A stretch of DNA of 60,304 bases, the filler included, from Bacteriovoracaceae bacterium (GTDB taxonomy: Bacteria; Bdellovibrionota; Bacteriovoracia; Bacteriovoracales; Bacteriovoracaceae), in NCBI GenBank assembly GCA_018649885.1. It is 5 parts of 5 records of this genome, joined end to end, with 100 filler letters (N's around TTAATTAATTAA, not from the genome) between each part and the next. Parts side by side here need not be neighbours in the genome. Positions count along the whole stretch, not along the records: positions 1 to 24,809 come from JABIHA010000116.1; 4 more parts are not named here. One strand, written 5' to 3'. The first letter of the stretch is position 1. Each line of letters starts with the position of its first letter. The notes beneath the pieces were generated by a model, which saw only the letters and a program-made list of their open reading frames with translations, did no database searches and was not told the origin of the DNA. The position numbers were made by a program, and so were the translations under genes. Positions 10,839-21,563 of this stretch are shown here, piece by piece.

Positions 10839-13406
10839 ATGGCCGAGAAATATTTAGTCATAGTGGAATCGCCTACTAAGGCCAAAACAATAAGAAAGTA
10901 CTTACCAAAGAATTATTTGGTTGAAGCCAGTATGGGACATATACGAGATTTGCCGCAATCGGCAACCGAAATTCCCGCTGCTGTTAAGGGACAAGATTGG
11001 GCCAAGCTTGGTGTCAATGTTGATGCCGATTTCGAACCACTTTATGTGATTCTAAAGGGCAAGAGCAAAATTGTCCGCGAAATCAAGAAAAAATTAAAAG
11101 AGTGCACGACTTTATATCTGGCGACGGATGAGGATCGTGAGGGAGAGAGTATATCTTGGCACTTGGTCCAGTTACTTAAACCAAAAGTCCCAGTGAAAAG
11201 AATGGTTTTTCATGAAATTACAAAAAAGGCCATTTTAGGTGCTCTTGAAAACACCCGTGAAATAGATATGAAGCTAGTGAGTGCTCAAGAAACAAGAAGG
11301 GTGCTTGATAGAATATATGGCTACACACTTTCTCCACTATTATGGAAGAAAATTGCCTATGGTCTTTCTGCTGGTAGAGTACAAAGCTCAGGTTTAAGGC
11401 TCATCTCCGATAGAGAAAAAGAGAGAATTAGATTTAGGAAATCAGTTTACTGGGATGTTAAGGCAACTCTAAAAAACTCTGAAGAGAAAAATTTCGAGGC
11501 ACGCTTAACCCACTTTGGCGGTGAAAGAGTTGCCTCTGGAAAAGATTTTGACCAACTCACCGGTAAATTAAAGATTGAAAGAAAAGTCAAAGTTATTGAT
11601 GAAAAGGAAGCCGGAGCGCTTGCTGATAAACTTGAAGGAGTTGACTGGAAGGTTGAAAATATTCAAGAGAAAACTTCTAGCTCTAAGCCTCTTCCTCCAT
11701 TTATTACTTCTACACTCCAACAAGAGGGTAACAGAAAGCTGGGTATGTCTGCCAAGGTGGTTATGAGAACAGCTCAGTCACTCTATGAAAAGGGTCTCAT
11801 AACCTATATGAGAACGGATTCACCAAACCTTTCTAGTGAAGCAATTGAAGCAGCAAGAAAGAGTGTTGAAGAGCTCTATGGAAAAGAATTTCTCTCCCCT
11901 GAGCCCCGTCAATTTAAATCCAAGAGCAAACAGGCTCAAGAGGCCCATGAGGCCATTCGTCCAGCAGGAACAGATTTTTCCAAACCAGATGAACTTGATT
12001 TAGATTCACAAGAAAAAAATGTATACGAGCTTATTTGGAAAAGAACTCTTGCCTGTCAAATGGCAGAGGCCCAAAAGTCTTCTATGTCAGTAAAGATCAT
12101 CGCTTCAGATGCTGAGTTTACTGCCAATGGAACCAAAATTGTTTTTCCAGGGTTTTTAAGAGTTTATGTTGAAGGCAAAGATGATCCTGAGTCTGCCCTT
12201 GAAAATAAAGAAGTCATTCTTCCAAATTTAGTTATTGGTGATATTCTTGGCAAAGACAAAATTCTTCCGGTTTCACATGAAACCAAACCTCCTGCCAGAT
12301 ACACTGAAGCCTCACTAGTTCAAAGACTAGAACAAGAGGGGATTGGCCGTCCTTCAACTTATGCCACTATCATTGGTACTGTTATAGATAGAGGATATGT
12401 AAGAAAAGAAGGTAATGCTCTGATTCCAACCTTTACTGGTATGGCCGTTATTCAACTTCTTGAAACTCATTTTAAAAGTTTGATAGATTTTAAATTTACT
12501 TCCGAGATGGAGGATACCCTCGATGGTATTGCCACAGGAGAAAAAGAGTCTATTGCCTACTTAAAGAAATTCTATCTCGGGAAGAAAGGTTTAAGAGAGA
12601 GAGTTAAAGAAAACGACAAAAAAATAAAGCCTGATGAGTCCAGAACAATAAAGCTACCGGGCCTTAAACTCCCAGTGGACGTGAAAGTTGGCCGTTATGG
12701 GCCTTATATTGTTTCAGCAGGAAAGGGCAGTGCCGAAATTCACGCTTCAATTCCTGAAGAAATTGCACCTTCAGATTTAAAACTTGAAGATATTGAAGAT
12801 CTATTAGAGCAAAGTAAAAATGGTCCAACTCCTATTGGGCAAGATCCAGAAAATGGAGACAATATTTATTGCCTGACTGGAAGATACGGGGCTTACCTTC
12901 AAAGAAAAGAAGTGACAGAGGAAATTCCAAAACCCAAACGAGTTAGTTTACCCAAGCCTTGGACTCCTAAAACAGTTGAATTAGAATTCGCACTGAAACT
13001 TCTTTCACTTCCAAGAGAGCTAGGAGAGCATCCCGAGAAAAAACTTCCTGTCACAGCAAACCTTGGGCGGTTTGGTCCTTATGTAGGATGTGATGGTGAT
13101 TTTAGATCACTCAAAAAAGAAGATGATGTATACCTTATAGACTTGGCGCGTGCGCTTGAGCTTCTTGCCATGGAGAAGAAATCTAGAAGAGGCGCAGCAC
13201 TTTTAAAAGATTTTGGACCTCATCCAAAAAAGAAGAGACGCCTTGGGGTTTACAATGGCAAGTATGGACCGTTTATCAAATTTGGAACTAAAAATATTAG
13301 CCTTCCTGAAGATATCAAAGAAAAAATCACTAAAGATGAGTCACATGCAGAGAAGATGACTCTAAAAGAGATTGTGAAAATCGTAGATGAGGCATCCAAA
13401 AAGTAG
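10839..13406 (+). CDS. topA: DNA topoisomerase I with C-terminal Toprim_C-type repeats
   Basis: LVIVESPTKAKTI, DEDREGE, SAGRVQS, ITYMRTDS, AQEAHEAIRP and repeated GRY/FGPY units. Confidence 0.97.
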   Translation: MAEKYLVIVESPTKAKTIRKYLPKNYLVEASMGHIRDLPQSATEIPAAVKGQDWAKLGVNVDADFEPLYVILKGKSKIVREIKKKLKECTTLYLATDEDREGESISWHLVQLLKPKVPVKRMVFHEITKKAILGALENTREIDMKLVSAQETRRVLDRIYGYTLSPLLWKKIAYGLSAGRVQSSGLRLISDREKERIRFRKSVYWDVKATLKNSEEKNFEARLTHFGGERVASGKDFDQLTGKLKIERKVKVIDEKEAGALADKLEGVDWKVENIQEKTSSSKPLPPFITSTLQQEGNRKLGMSAKVVMRTAQSLYEKGLITYMRTDSPNLSSEAIEAARKSVEELYGKEFLSPEPRQFKSKSKQAQEAHEAIRPAGTDFSKPDELDLDSQEKNVYELIWKRTLACQMAEAQKSSMSVKIIASDAEFTANGTKIVFPGFLRVYVEGKDDPESALENKEVILPNLVIGDILGKDKILPVSHETKPPARYTEASLVQRLEQEGIGRPSTYATIIGTVIDRGYVRKEGNALIPTFTGMAVIQLLETHFKSLIDFKFTSEMEDTLDGIATGEKESIAYLKKFYLGKKGLRERVKENDKKIKPDESRTIKLPGLKLPVDVKVGRYGPYIVSAGKGSAEIHASIPEEIAPSDLKLEDIEDLLEQSKNGPTPIGQDPENGDNIYCLTGRYGAYLQRKEVTEEIPKPKRVSLPKPWTPKTVELEFALKLLSLPRELGEHPEKKLPVTANLGRFGPYVGCDGDFRSLKKEDDVYLIDLARALELLAMEKKSRRGAALLKDFGPHPKKKRRLGVYNGKYGPFIKFGTKNISLPEDIKEKITKDESHAEKMTLKEIVKIVDEASKK

Positions 13407-13946
13407 ATGAAAAAGAACTTAGTTAACGATCGTGGTATTTTTAATTTAAAGTCTGTTCCTTTTGGGGCAGCTCAAGATCTTGAGCTTACCGAAAAAGATG
13501 CTTTTTTAAATGAGCTCTTGGGTGAATTGAGTGAAGAGGTCACTGATGAGATTGGTGTCTCTGATGGAAAAGTTATAGGGATTTCTTTTACAGGAAATAT
13601 TATCCATGACAGAAATATTAAATTCGGCGAATGTGGCATTATAAAAGGTGTGCTGAGTTCACATTTCCCCGCTATTTGCTCAAGCTCAGGAATTTTAATA
13701 ATCGATTCCTTGAGCACTGAAGTTAATGCCTGCTTTGTAAGCGAAGAGTTTAAAGAAGACAAACCAGGCTATGATAGAGAAGTCGACATATTGATAGGAG
13801 AGGTTGTTTACGACCTTTACTATTATGACCGCTTTTTTTGTGATTTTAGAGAATGTCTCCACGAATATGCCTTTCTGGCAAAAAACCAATATCCTAAAAA
13901 AGTTGAACCTATTCAAACAAATGAGGAAGGCGATCTTCCCCAATAA
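13407..13946 (+). CDS. Hypothetical protein, possibly YceD/DUF177-like
   Basis: 179-aa acidic ORF starting immediately after the topA stop; size and C-terminal pattern only loosely resemble YceD. Confidence 0.5.
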   Translation: MKKNLVNDRGIFNLKSVPFGAAQDLELTEKDAFLNELLGELSEEVTDEIGVSDGKVIGISFTGNIIHDRNIKFGECGIIKGVLSSHFPAICSSSGILIIDSLSTEVNACFVSEEFKEDKPGYDREVDILIGEVVYDLYYYDRFFCDFRECLHEYAFLAKNQYPKKVEPIQTNEEGDLPQ

Positions 13947-14150
13947 AATATTCGAGGATCAGCTCACCATTAAAGTTGATCCCTATCAATCCAGACCTAT
14001 GTAATTTTTTACACACAACTCATCAAAAAGGTTTCTTTCTAGCTTTTCCTATCAAAAAACATGGTAAAATTTTTAATAATATTGATATAAATCACTAATT
14101 ACATTATGAATGTATTAATAAAGTTTGGAAATTTTACGGGGGTTATCACT

Positions 14151-15035
14151 ATGGGATCTTTGATCACCTATTTATTTTATCCTATTATATTGGTTGCATC
14201 AGTTTCTTTTGCTATTTTTCTTAATTCTAAGGGATTCGCTCTTACACACATCATTTTACTCAATGCTCTTGTGTTTCCAGGGATTATCCTTTTATTTGAA
14301 TTTATCCATCCAGAGACAAAGGATTGGAGACCAAGAAAGAGTGAAGTGGGCGTTGATATTCTTCACGCGGCACTTTCAAATACTCTTCCGCCGCTACTTT
14401 TTAAGGCATTATTTTTTGCTGCTATTATCAAGTTAAACTCACTTATTACAACAAATCTTGGCATTGATATTTGGCCCCATCAACTTCCCATTGGACTTCA
14501 AGTACTACTGGCCCTTGTGGTAGCAGAAATAGGCTTTTACTGGCCTCACCGCATTCTTCATGAAAACACACCGATTTGGCCTCTTCATGCTCTTCATCAT
14601 AGCGTTGAGCACATGTATCTTTTGGCCGGTGGGCGTACTCATCCACTTCAAGTGTTTGTTACATACGGTCTGCAGATGTTGATATTATGGCTCCTTGGTG
14701 CGCCTGAGAAAATTCTCATGCTACACGCTGTTTTTACTTCTACACATGGAATTCTTCAACATGCCAATGTTAAAATGCGTTTTGGTTTTCTAAACTATAT
14801 CTTTGCAACACCCGAGCTTCACCGTTGGCACCATTCAAGAGTGATTAAGGAATCAAATAGTAATTATGGTTCTAATGTTTGCACTTGGGATCTGGTTTTT
14901 GGCTCTCATCACTATTTTGCAGATAAATTACCAAGTGAAGATATTGGACTTCCTCCTAGCATTGTTATTCCAGATAATTATATTGAGCATATGAAATCAC
15001 CATTTGTATTTAATAAATACGACTCAGACTTATAA
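14151..15035 (+). CDS. Sterol desaturase / fatty acid hydroxylase family protein
   Basis: His boxes HRILH, HALHH, HRWHH, plus HAN and NYG; multiple TM segments. Start moved from 14106 to the ATG after GGGG RBS. Confidence 0.88.
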   Translation: MGSLITYLFYPIILVASVSFAIFLNSKGFALTHIILLNALVFPGIILLFEFIHPETKDWRPRKSEVGVDILHAALSNTLPPLLFKALFFAAIIKLNSLITTNLGIDIWPHQLPIGLQVLLALVVAEIGFYWPHRILHENTPIWPLHALHHSVEHMYLLAGGRTHPLQVFVTYGLQMLILWLLGAPEKILMLHAVFTSTHGILQHANVKMRFGFLNYIFATPELHRWHHSRVIKESNSNYGSNVCTWDLVFGSHHYFADKLPSEDIGLPPSIVIPDNYIEHMKSPFVFNKYDSDL

Positions 15036-15137
15036 TTTAAGACAGTCGATCCGGCCTTTTAGGGGCAGATCGGACCTTGCTGGAAACCTCCAAAAGCTCT
15101 CCTATAACTACTTTAAAGCATATTAGGCAACTTTTAT

Positions 15138-15153
15138 TGGCATAGATTTTGTA
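15138..15153 (+). promoter_or_regulatory. Possible sigma54-type promoter (imperfect -12)
   Basis: TGGCAT-N5-TTGTA versus consensus TGGCAC-N5-TTGC, 85 nt upstream of the 15238 gene. Confidence 0.3.
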
Positions 15154-15237
15154 TATCTATATACAGTACCAGCTATTTAGGGTGTCATTTTGGCCATCTA
15201 AATAAAAGGTGTATAATAATATCACGAGGATATAGGA

Positions 15238-17160
15238 ATGAATCACTGGCCTTCGCTTATTCTTCTTTTCTATCTATTTCCGGCCATTATCTTTATGGCA
15301 TGTTTTTACACCCTTATTAAAATAGATAATGCTACTTCTGTTGAAGTTGATCTCATTCCAGTTGCAGGTAAAAGGGCATTACTACAACAAATAGGCTGGT
15401 GCGAGCGAGTTTTTATCTACATTGGTCTGTTAGTGCCATTTATTTCTATTTTACTTTTATCAAATTCCCTCGAAGGAAGCGTTCTCCTTGATCAACGAAT
15501 CTACCTTGTCTATTTGCTGATTCTTTTTTGTATATTCGAAGTTATAAAGGGCCCTTTTGGCAAAAGACTCAGCGGCAAATCTCTTTTAAACAAAGATGTT
15601 GGTTTTTCTAGCTCCAAAGGAATCGTAGCTTTAATGGCCAATTTATTTCTCTATTTTCATCTCTTCAATTTTTTTCAACTTCAGTGGACTGAGTGGGTAA
15701 AGATCTGGGGAGCCAGTATAGAGTATATTCCTATCTCACATGCAATGGGAGCTGTTTGCTCAATATTCTTGGCCATTGGTGTGATTTACTTATTATCTCC
15801 TATTTCATTAAAATTTCTCTTTCCGGTAAATGAATTGAAAAATGGCGAAGAAAAAGATTTGATGAAAAGCATATTTGAAGACTATCCAGAAACCCAATTT
15901 TTTCATATTGACCTTGGTGAAGAGAATCGTTTTTCCACATTTTTTTCAAATTGGTTTCGAGTGGGTCCTAAACTTTATTATACAAGTGATTTATTTGAGT
16001 ATCTGAGTGAAAAAGAATTTCGCATTTTTATGGCCCATGAGTTGGGACACTACCAAAATCATCATATTCTCAAAAGATATCTGGCGCTTTTTTTGATAAT
16101 GCCAATTGCTGTTTTTTCCTCACTGATTTTAAGTGAACAAGTCTTTGTTTGGATTGGTCTTTTAGAGATTATCTACGGCATTAGTGCCATTGTTATTTTT
16201 ACTGTAACAGTTCTCATGTGCCGAAATCTATTGCGGTTTCAAGAATTTGAAGCTGATAAAAATATATTAAGACTTGGATACAACTCAACGGATTTTTTGA
16301 GTACTTTTGAAAAGATCTATAGAGTGAAAGAATGTGATACTGACTATCAAAGCGAGCTTGATCAATTGATTCATGTCCTATCTCATCCCAAGGTAATGGA
16401 AAGATACGATTCTATAAAAGTGCTTGAAAAGTCAAAAAAGATTGCCGGAAGCTTTTCAAGTCTGAAGGGTCTATTTGCTGATAGGTCAGGCAAGTTACTC
16501 TTAGGATTTTATCTTACTTTAACGTTCATGAATATTTACGGTGTTTCAAATTTATTAGACTACCATCAGACACTACAGTTAGTGAAAGCAGGTGATGATA
16601 CTAGTCTTGAGCACTATGTTTTAGATAAAAAGATTGATTTAAATAGAAAGTTTATAGTTCAACAAGGTAGACCCTTTGGTTTCCTTCTTTCGAAATATAT
16701 GAATACCTCTAGTTTTAATAAATTAAAAACGCTGGGCCTTAATCCTATGACGATGGATCTGACTCAAAGAAGAACTCTTATACACTGGTCAGTGTATTGG
16801 AATAATTTTGAATTGTTTAAAAGTTTGACTGCTATGGGGATTGACCCACTGCTTAGAGATAAAAATGGCTGGACTCCATTTCATTTAGCGGCTTTTTATG
16901 GTGCAAATGATATTTTAGATTTTTATATGGATTCAGGTCAGAATATCAATCTTAGAACTAACCACAATTCCACTCCTCTATCGCTTGCAAGTGAGAAAGG
17001 TCATTTTAAAACGGTTAAAAGGTTACTCGCCTTGGGTGCCAATAAAGAGTTACTTGATGATGATGGAGATTTAGCAGAAATCTTGGCCTTGAAAAATGGC
17101 CATAAAGATACCTACCACCTCCTGATGATCGGCCATGCAGGTGCTATTTCAATTCCTTAA
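15238..17160 (+). CDS. Membrane M48-family metallopeptidase fused to C-terminal ankyrin repeats
   Basis: AHELGH, QEFEAD and SHP motifs among TM helices; ankyrin units TLIHWSV, GWTPFHLAA, STPLSLASEKGH. Confidence 0.85.
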   Translation: MNHWPSLILLFYLFPAIIFMACFYTLIKIDNATSVEVDLIPVAGKRALLQQIGWCERVFIYIGLLVPFISILLLSNSLEGSVLLDQRIYLVYLLILFCIFEVIKGPFGKRLSGKSLLNKDVGFSSSKGIVALMANLFLYFHLFNFFQLQWTEWVKIWGASIEYIPISHAMGAVCSIFLAIGVIYLLSPISLKFLFPVNELKNGEEKDLMKSIFEDYPETQFFHIDLGEENRFSTFFSNWFRVGPKLYYTSDLFEYLSEKEFRIFMAHELGHYQNHHILKRYLALFLIMPIAVFSSLILSEQVFVWIGLLEIIYGISAIVIFTVTVLMCRNLLRFQEFEADKNILRLGYNSTDFLSTFEKIYRVKECDTDYQSELDQLIHVLSHPKVMERYDSIKVLEKSKKIAGSFSSLKGLFADRSGKLLLGFYLTLTFMNIYGVSNLLDYHQTLQLVKAGDDTSLEHYVLDKKIDLNRKFIVQQGRPFGFLLSKYMNTSSFNKLKTLGLNPMTMDLTQRRTLIHWSVYWNNFELFKSLTAMGIDPLLRDKNGWTPFHLAAFYGANDILDFYMDSGQNINLRTNHNSTPLSLASEKGHFKTVKRLLALGANKELLDDDGDLAEILALKNGHKDTYHLLMIGHAGAISIP

Positions 17161-17244
17161 GATTACTATTTGCGCTATTTCATGGCCTTCTTTTCTCACT
17201 ATGTGTTATTTGATACTTTTGTGCCATGATAGAGCAGGGGGAGT

Positions 17245-18006
17245 ATGAGGATCATCACAATGCTTAAAAAATTGACAAAAGTTGTCGCATTATCTTTTTT
17301 TACAATCATCTCTATCCAAGCACCTTTATATGGACAAATTCCAAGCTCAGGAGAGCTTGCCTTAAAAAGACTTGATCAGTCCAATCAGAATAGATTTTTT
17401 AAAAAAGGTTGGGTCCAAATCCTTCTTGATAGCAAAGATGGACCTTGGCCTGATAATTACATGTACTCTATTTTAACTGTCACTCCTTTTGAGGCCATGG
17501 CTATTTTTTCTGACTTTGCTTCTCACAAAGACTTTGTGCCCGATATGATCAAATCTGATGTTGTCAAAACAGGGGACAATGGATCAAAAGTTCAAGTTTC
17601 GTTTAAGTTAGATATGCCTTGGCCATTTCCAGATTCATATTTCACTATGGAGGACTCTCTTAACCAATATGTTGGGGGGGTCTATGATGTAACTTGGACT
17701 CAGGTAAAGTCTGACGCTTCTGAAAAGTCTGATGGCCACGCTAGGTTTTATCCATATAAGGATGGAAAAACTCTACTTGAGTACCACTCCGTTGTTGTCC
17801 CAAATAGTAGCTTGGCCTTTCTTGTGGAGAGACAGGCAATGAAAGAGGCCAAGAGAGCAATGCTTGCGGTGCGTGATCATATTAATGGATTTAAAGAGAA
17901 ATTCCCTGGCAAAATAAAGAAAAATCTGAGTAGTCTTGCAATCATCATGAAAAAAAATCCCAAAAAGAAAACAGAAGGGAATAAGTTTCCAATTTCTGCA
18001 AACTAA
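17245..18006 (+). CDS. Secreted SRPBCC/START-like lipid-binding protein
   Basis: Signal peptide; DF..HKDFVP and MPWPFPD motifs typical of START/polyketide-cyclase folds. Confidence 0.7.
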   Translation: MRIITMLKKLTKVVALSFFTIISIQAPLYGQIPSSGELALKRLDQSNQNRFFKKGWVQILLDSKDGPWPDNYMYSILTVTPFEAMAIFSDFASHKDFVPDMIKSDVVKTGDNGSKVQVSFKLDMPWPFPDSYFTMEDSLNQYVGGVYDVTWTQVKSDASEKSDGHARFYPYKDGKTLLEYHSVVVPNSSLAFLVERQAMKEAKRAMLAVRDHINGFKEKFPGKIKKNLSSLAIIMKKNPKKKTEGNKFPISAN

Positions 18007-18030
18007 ACCTAGATGATTTATCCTTAATCT

Positions 18031-19413
18031 ATGCGCAGTAGTTTTTATCAATTTTGGGCGAGGACCATTCTCATTTTGGGGATCTGTCTTGCCGTATCCC
18101 CTAAGATTTCCTATGCACTGGATTACCAGGAGATTCTCTATCCAAAGGTGATGGCCTTATACGATGATGAGAGAATGATTCTCAATATAGGTGTGGAAGA
18201 TGGAGTTCTTAGAGGGCATCACGCTAGATTTACTAAAAAAGGTGACTATGTCACTCGGGGACTTGTCATTCATTCTGAGTATGGTCTCTCAGTATGGCAG
18301 ATGTACCGAATTTTAACTGAAGATCACCTAGAGGTGGGAAGTCAGCTAAAAATGAGGGCCATTACTGTAAAAAAACTCCCACATGAGCATCAAGAAATTA
18401 GAGAGATAGGTTATAAAAGAGAGCTTGAGGCTTATCGTAAAAAGATTGAACCTGAAGCACTTGAGCCTGAGGAAGAAGATGCCATTGTTTGGAGGGCCAA
18501 AGATCATAAACACCTTGATGAGGATCTCAATCAAATGCGTGAGGGTGAGCGTCCTATTGGGGACGGATGGGTCGTAGGTTATGAGCCTGAACAAGGGGAT
18601 TTTGACCAACTTAATTTTGAATTTGCTCTTTCACCTTATTCTGTAGCTAGAAAAAACCATGCCAAAGATATCGCCTATTCTGGAACTGTTAGTAATGAAC
18701 AGCAGAGTAAATATGCTCTTGCACTTTCCTATGAACATGCAAAAAGTGAATATGAAGAAGTTTCAGAAGGCGCAGTTTTAAAACTTCACTCTAGTAGCCA
18801 CAACGCCACTGGAAGTTTTGTTATAAAAAAGATTCTCGGAAATTTTAGCTATATTACAGAGATTCAATATGCCAGAGAAAAAGATAATACCATCTATCCT
18901 AAGAAACATGAAATTACTGGCTCCCCTGTAGGGCTTAGGTATGAGTTCATGGAAACGAAAGTGATCAAAGAGTTATCTCTTTCATATTTGCCAGAGCTCG
19001 AATACTTGGTCTACGAAGAAGAGGGAAGTGAAATAAGAAGTGTGTGGATCGTTGATCCTGATGATCCTGCAGATAGTGCTTTCGAAGAAGAAGAGTTTCC
19101 AGTCATCTTAGAGAAAAAATCCAAAAAGCTGAGGCATGTTTTTAAATTTGTGCTGAACTTTGAATTTAATGAAAACTTCTCGGTGAGTGATACACTATAC
19201 TACAGGCCCGCTCATGATTTTGTAGAGAGAAGAGTAGAATGGTCAGATGGAAAGCTTGATAATGAATTTGTTTTTACAATTACAATTTATGAAAATATAA
19301 GTATCTCATATCAAAATAGTTATTCTTGGGATACCTATACTGCCTTTACTCAAAAAGAGGGCTCAGTGAATATGATTCATCAACTGACTGTGGGAGTCAA
19401 CTTCTCTATATAG
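18031..19413 (+). CDS. Exported protein with probable C-terminal outer-membrane beta-barrel
   Basis: Signal peptide; alternating beta-strand pattern in the C-terminal half ending TVGVNFSI. Confidence 0.6.
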   Translation: MRSSFYQFWARTILILGICLAVSPKISYALDYQEILYPKVMALYDDERMILNIGVEDGVLRGHHARFTKKGDYVTRGLVIHSEYGLSVWQMYRILTEDHLEVGSQLKMRAITVKKLPHEHQEIREIGYKRELEAYRKKIEPEALEPEEEDAIVWRAKDHKHLDEDLNQMREGERPIGDGWVVGYEPEQGDFDQLNFEFALSPYSVARKNHAKDIAYSGTVSNEQQSKYALALSYEHAKSEYEEVSEGAVLKLHSSSHNATGSFVIKKILGNFSYITEIQYAREKDNTIYPKKHEITGSPVGLRYEFMETKVIKELSLSYLPELEYLVYEEEGSEIRSVWIVDPDDPADSAFEEEEFPVILEKKSKKLRHVFKFVLNFEFNENFSVSDTLYYRPAHDFVERRVEWSDGKLDNEFVFTITIYENISISYQNSYSWDTYTAFTQKEGSVNMIHQLTVGVNFSI

Positions 19414-19534
19414 GTGATTACAATCATATTGATAGAAAAGGTTAGAGTTTTTTTTAATCAAAAAATTCGTTTACCCATTAGCATAATATAAGAAATAAAA
19501 TTTAATTTGAGTTTTTTAATATCAAGGAGGATAA

Positions 19535-20695
19535 ATGAAAATTCTATTAGGTGCATTCCTTTCACTTGTGATCGCAGGCCCAGTCTTTGGTAGCTCCTTT
19601 GACGATCATTTCGAAATAAAGCGAGATGGTGGAAAGGCAGTGGCGGTCATGTCCAAAAGTTTAAAAAGAAATGCTGCTCATTACTTTAATTTACAATCAA
19701 GCTCCCTAATGCAGGAGCAAGGTCTAATGAAGCAATTCACTCGTGCTCAGTTAGCTGCTCATATATCTACATCTCTAAGGCTATTTAATGGCTCTCTTCC
19801 TCATTCCATTATTACCAAGTCAGTTAATAATGCATATGAAATGGATCTGTCCCTTGTTGAATCTGAATTAATTCGATCTGGCTTTATGGATGAATTTAAA
19901 AAGAAGCTCCAAAAGGCCCTGGATTTATTTAATCCCAAAGTGATTGCCTACCTTGATGACTCTTCTTTTTATGCTAAGAAAATGGCGATCCAGCAAGTTG
20001 CACTTTGGGCACTTGATCAAGCTGTTAAAAGATTTAAAGATATTCCAAAACTTAAATTAGTCGCCTACTTTGTGAGACAAATTATTAATAGAGTACATTT
20101 TGAAAGAGTTTTTTATCAAAATATGATGATGAGCTATTTAATGAGCTCTCCTGCAAAAGATTTTGGCCTTACTGATGCGGAAGTTAACCACATAATGAGC
20201 TCTATCTTTGAGTCCAGAATTGATATTAAGAACAGGTCAGAGCGAAAAAAAGTTAAAGACAACTGGAAGTCATATGGAATTAACAAGTATTTTGCAATGT
20301 TAAGAAACGCCAACAGAAGAGTATCTTCTCTGAAAATACTTAATACAGTTGGCGATAGAGTGGCCTTCTCCTTTTCTAAAGTTTCCAATAAAAAAGGTAA
20401 TTACATTGTGAATCTAATGGATTCTCAAAGAATGTTTAAGCCCTCTCCTGCCGTCGCTATGGATGTGGACAAGCCGCAGAAGGTGATGATGATAAGAGCT
20501 CTGCTTCGAATTGCTGAAATAGGGTTAACCACGCTTGATATTCCATCGAATCTCAAAAATTACGGTGAAAAATTTATTAAATCATTTTATTTTAATCAAA
20601 TTAGAACAGAAGGTGCTCTTGTGGGAGCGCTTGAAAAATCTGGTGAGACTGAGCTTGCAAAGTTTGCTATGGCCCAGTCGTTCCTTCTCCCTTAG
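19535..20695 (+). CDS. Hypothetical secreted protein
   Basis: 386-aa ORF, AAGGAGG RBS, signal peptide. Confidence 0.8.
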   Translation: MKILLGAFLSLVIAGPVFGSSFDDHFEIKRDGGKAVAVMSKSLKRNAAHYFNLQSSSLMQEQGLMKQFTRAQLAAHISTSLRLFNGSLPHSIITKSVNNAYEMDLSLVESELIRSGFMDEFKKKLQKALDLFNPKVIAYLDDSSFYAKKMAIQQVALWALDQAVKRFKDIPKLKLVAYFVRQIINRVHFERVFYQNMMMSYLMSSPAKDFGLTDAEVNHIMSSIFESRIDIKNRSERKKVKDNWKSYGINKYFAMLRNANRRVSSLKILNTVGDRVAFSFSKVSNKKGNYIVNLMDSQRMFKPSPAVAMDVDKPQKVMMIRALLRIAEIGLTTLDIPSNLKNYGEKFIKSFYFNQIRTEGALVGALEKSGETELAKFAMAQSFLLP

Positions 20696-20700
20696 TTTAA

Positions 20701-20737
20701 AAAAAAGACCGGGGGGACCTTCCCCCGGGCCTTTTTT
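20701..20737. terminator. Bidirectional intrinsic terminator
   Basis: A-tract, CCGGGGG/CCCCCGG stem, T-tract between convergent genes. Confidence 0.8.
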
Positions 20738-21563
20738 AATGCAAGTAATGACCGTATTTTTCTTTTAATTCCAAAAATCTTGAATCCCCTGAAAACTCTT
20801 CTGCAAATTCAATATTTTCAGGTCTAAACATTTCTTTGTTGTGTAAGTAGTATTCATATTGAGCGTTATTGAGAGTGAATGTGTTCTCTTTTTTCTCGTC
20901 ACTAGGGTGCTCTTTGTACTTTATAGTGACTTCATGCTCTCCAGTTAGCCACTCACCACCTTGAAGGTAGCGAACTAATAGGGCGACAATACCAGTTCTA
21001 TGTCTTCCCCCCAGACAATGAAATAATACAGGTTGTTTGTCAGGGTCGAGCACAATATTCATAATTCTCAGAAGAGCATCTATGCCACCGTCAACCTTAT
21101 CGTCTTGAAGCACTCCAAAAATCTTTCTGGCCTTCCTTCCTAATCTGTCGTCAGCATCGATATCGACTTCTGGATTGTAGGGATTGTGGCCTTCTAAGTA
21201 GGTTCTATTTTCATAATCAAAGCTATGGTGAAAAGTGAATCCATACTTATCTTGTTTCTTATATTCCCTAAGCGCGCCATTGCCATAGAAAGGAATAATT
21301 CCTTTGTACCCATTTTTGTTCATGTAAACGATGGTCCTCGGAAACGGGTGGCCTGCCTTTTTAAATGTTCCTCTGAGGATATACAGGCCTAAACCTCCAA
21401 GCATTGCCGAGCGATAAATTTGATGGGTATCGTTTTCAACAAGAACACCAAAGTTGAATAAATTGTGTGGGAATTCATCTTTTGAGAACTCTACACTCCA
21501 AACTTGTAAGCTGAAGGTTAGTAGAGCACTTATAAAAAATAGTTTTTTTAATGAATTATTCAT
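20736..21563 (-). CDS. Secreted cysteine-dependent (PTP/DSP-like) phosphatase
   Basis: PVLFHCLGGRHRTG (CX5R), IYRSA motif, signal peptide, AAGGAGG RBS. Confidence 0.85.
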   Translation of the reverse strand: MNNSLKKLFFISALLTFSLQVWSVEFSKDEFPHNLFNFGVLVENDTHQIYRSAMLGGLGLYILRGTFKKAGHPFPRTIVYMNKNGYKGIIPFYGNGALREYKKQDKYGFTFHHSFDYENRTYLEGHNPYNPEVDIDADDRLGRKARKIFGVLQDDKVDGGIDALLRIMNIVLDPDKQPVLFHCLGGRHRTGIVALLVRYLQGGEWLTGEHEVTIKYKEHPSDEKKENTFTLNNAQYEYYLHNKEMFRPENIEFAEEFSGDSRFLELKEKYGHYLH

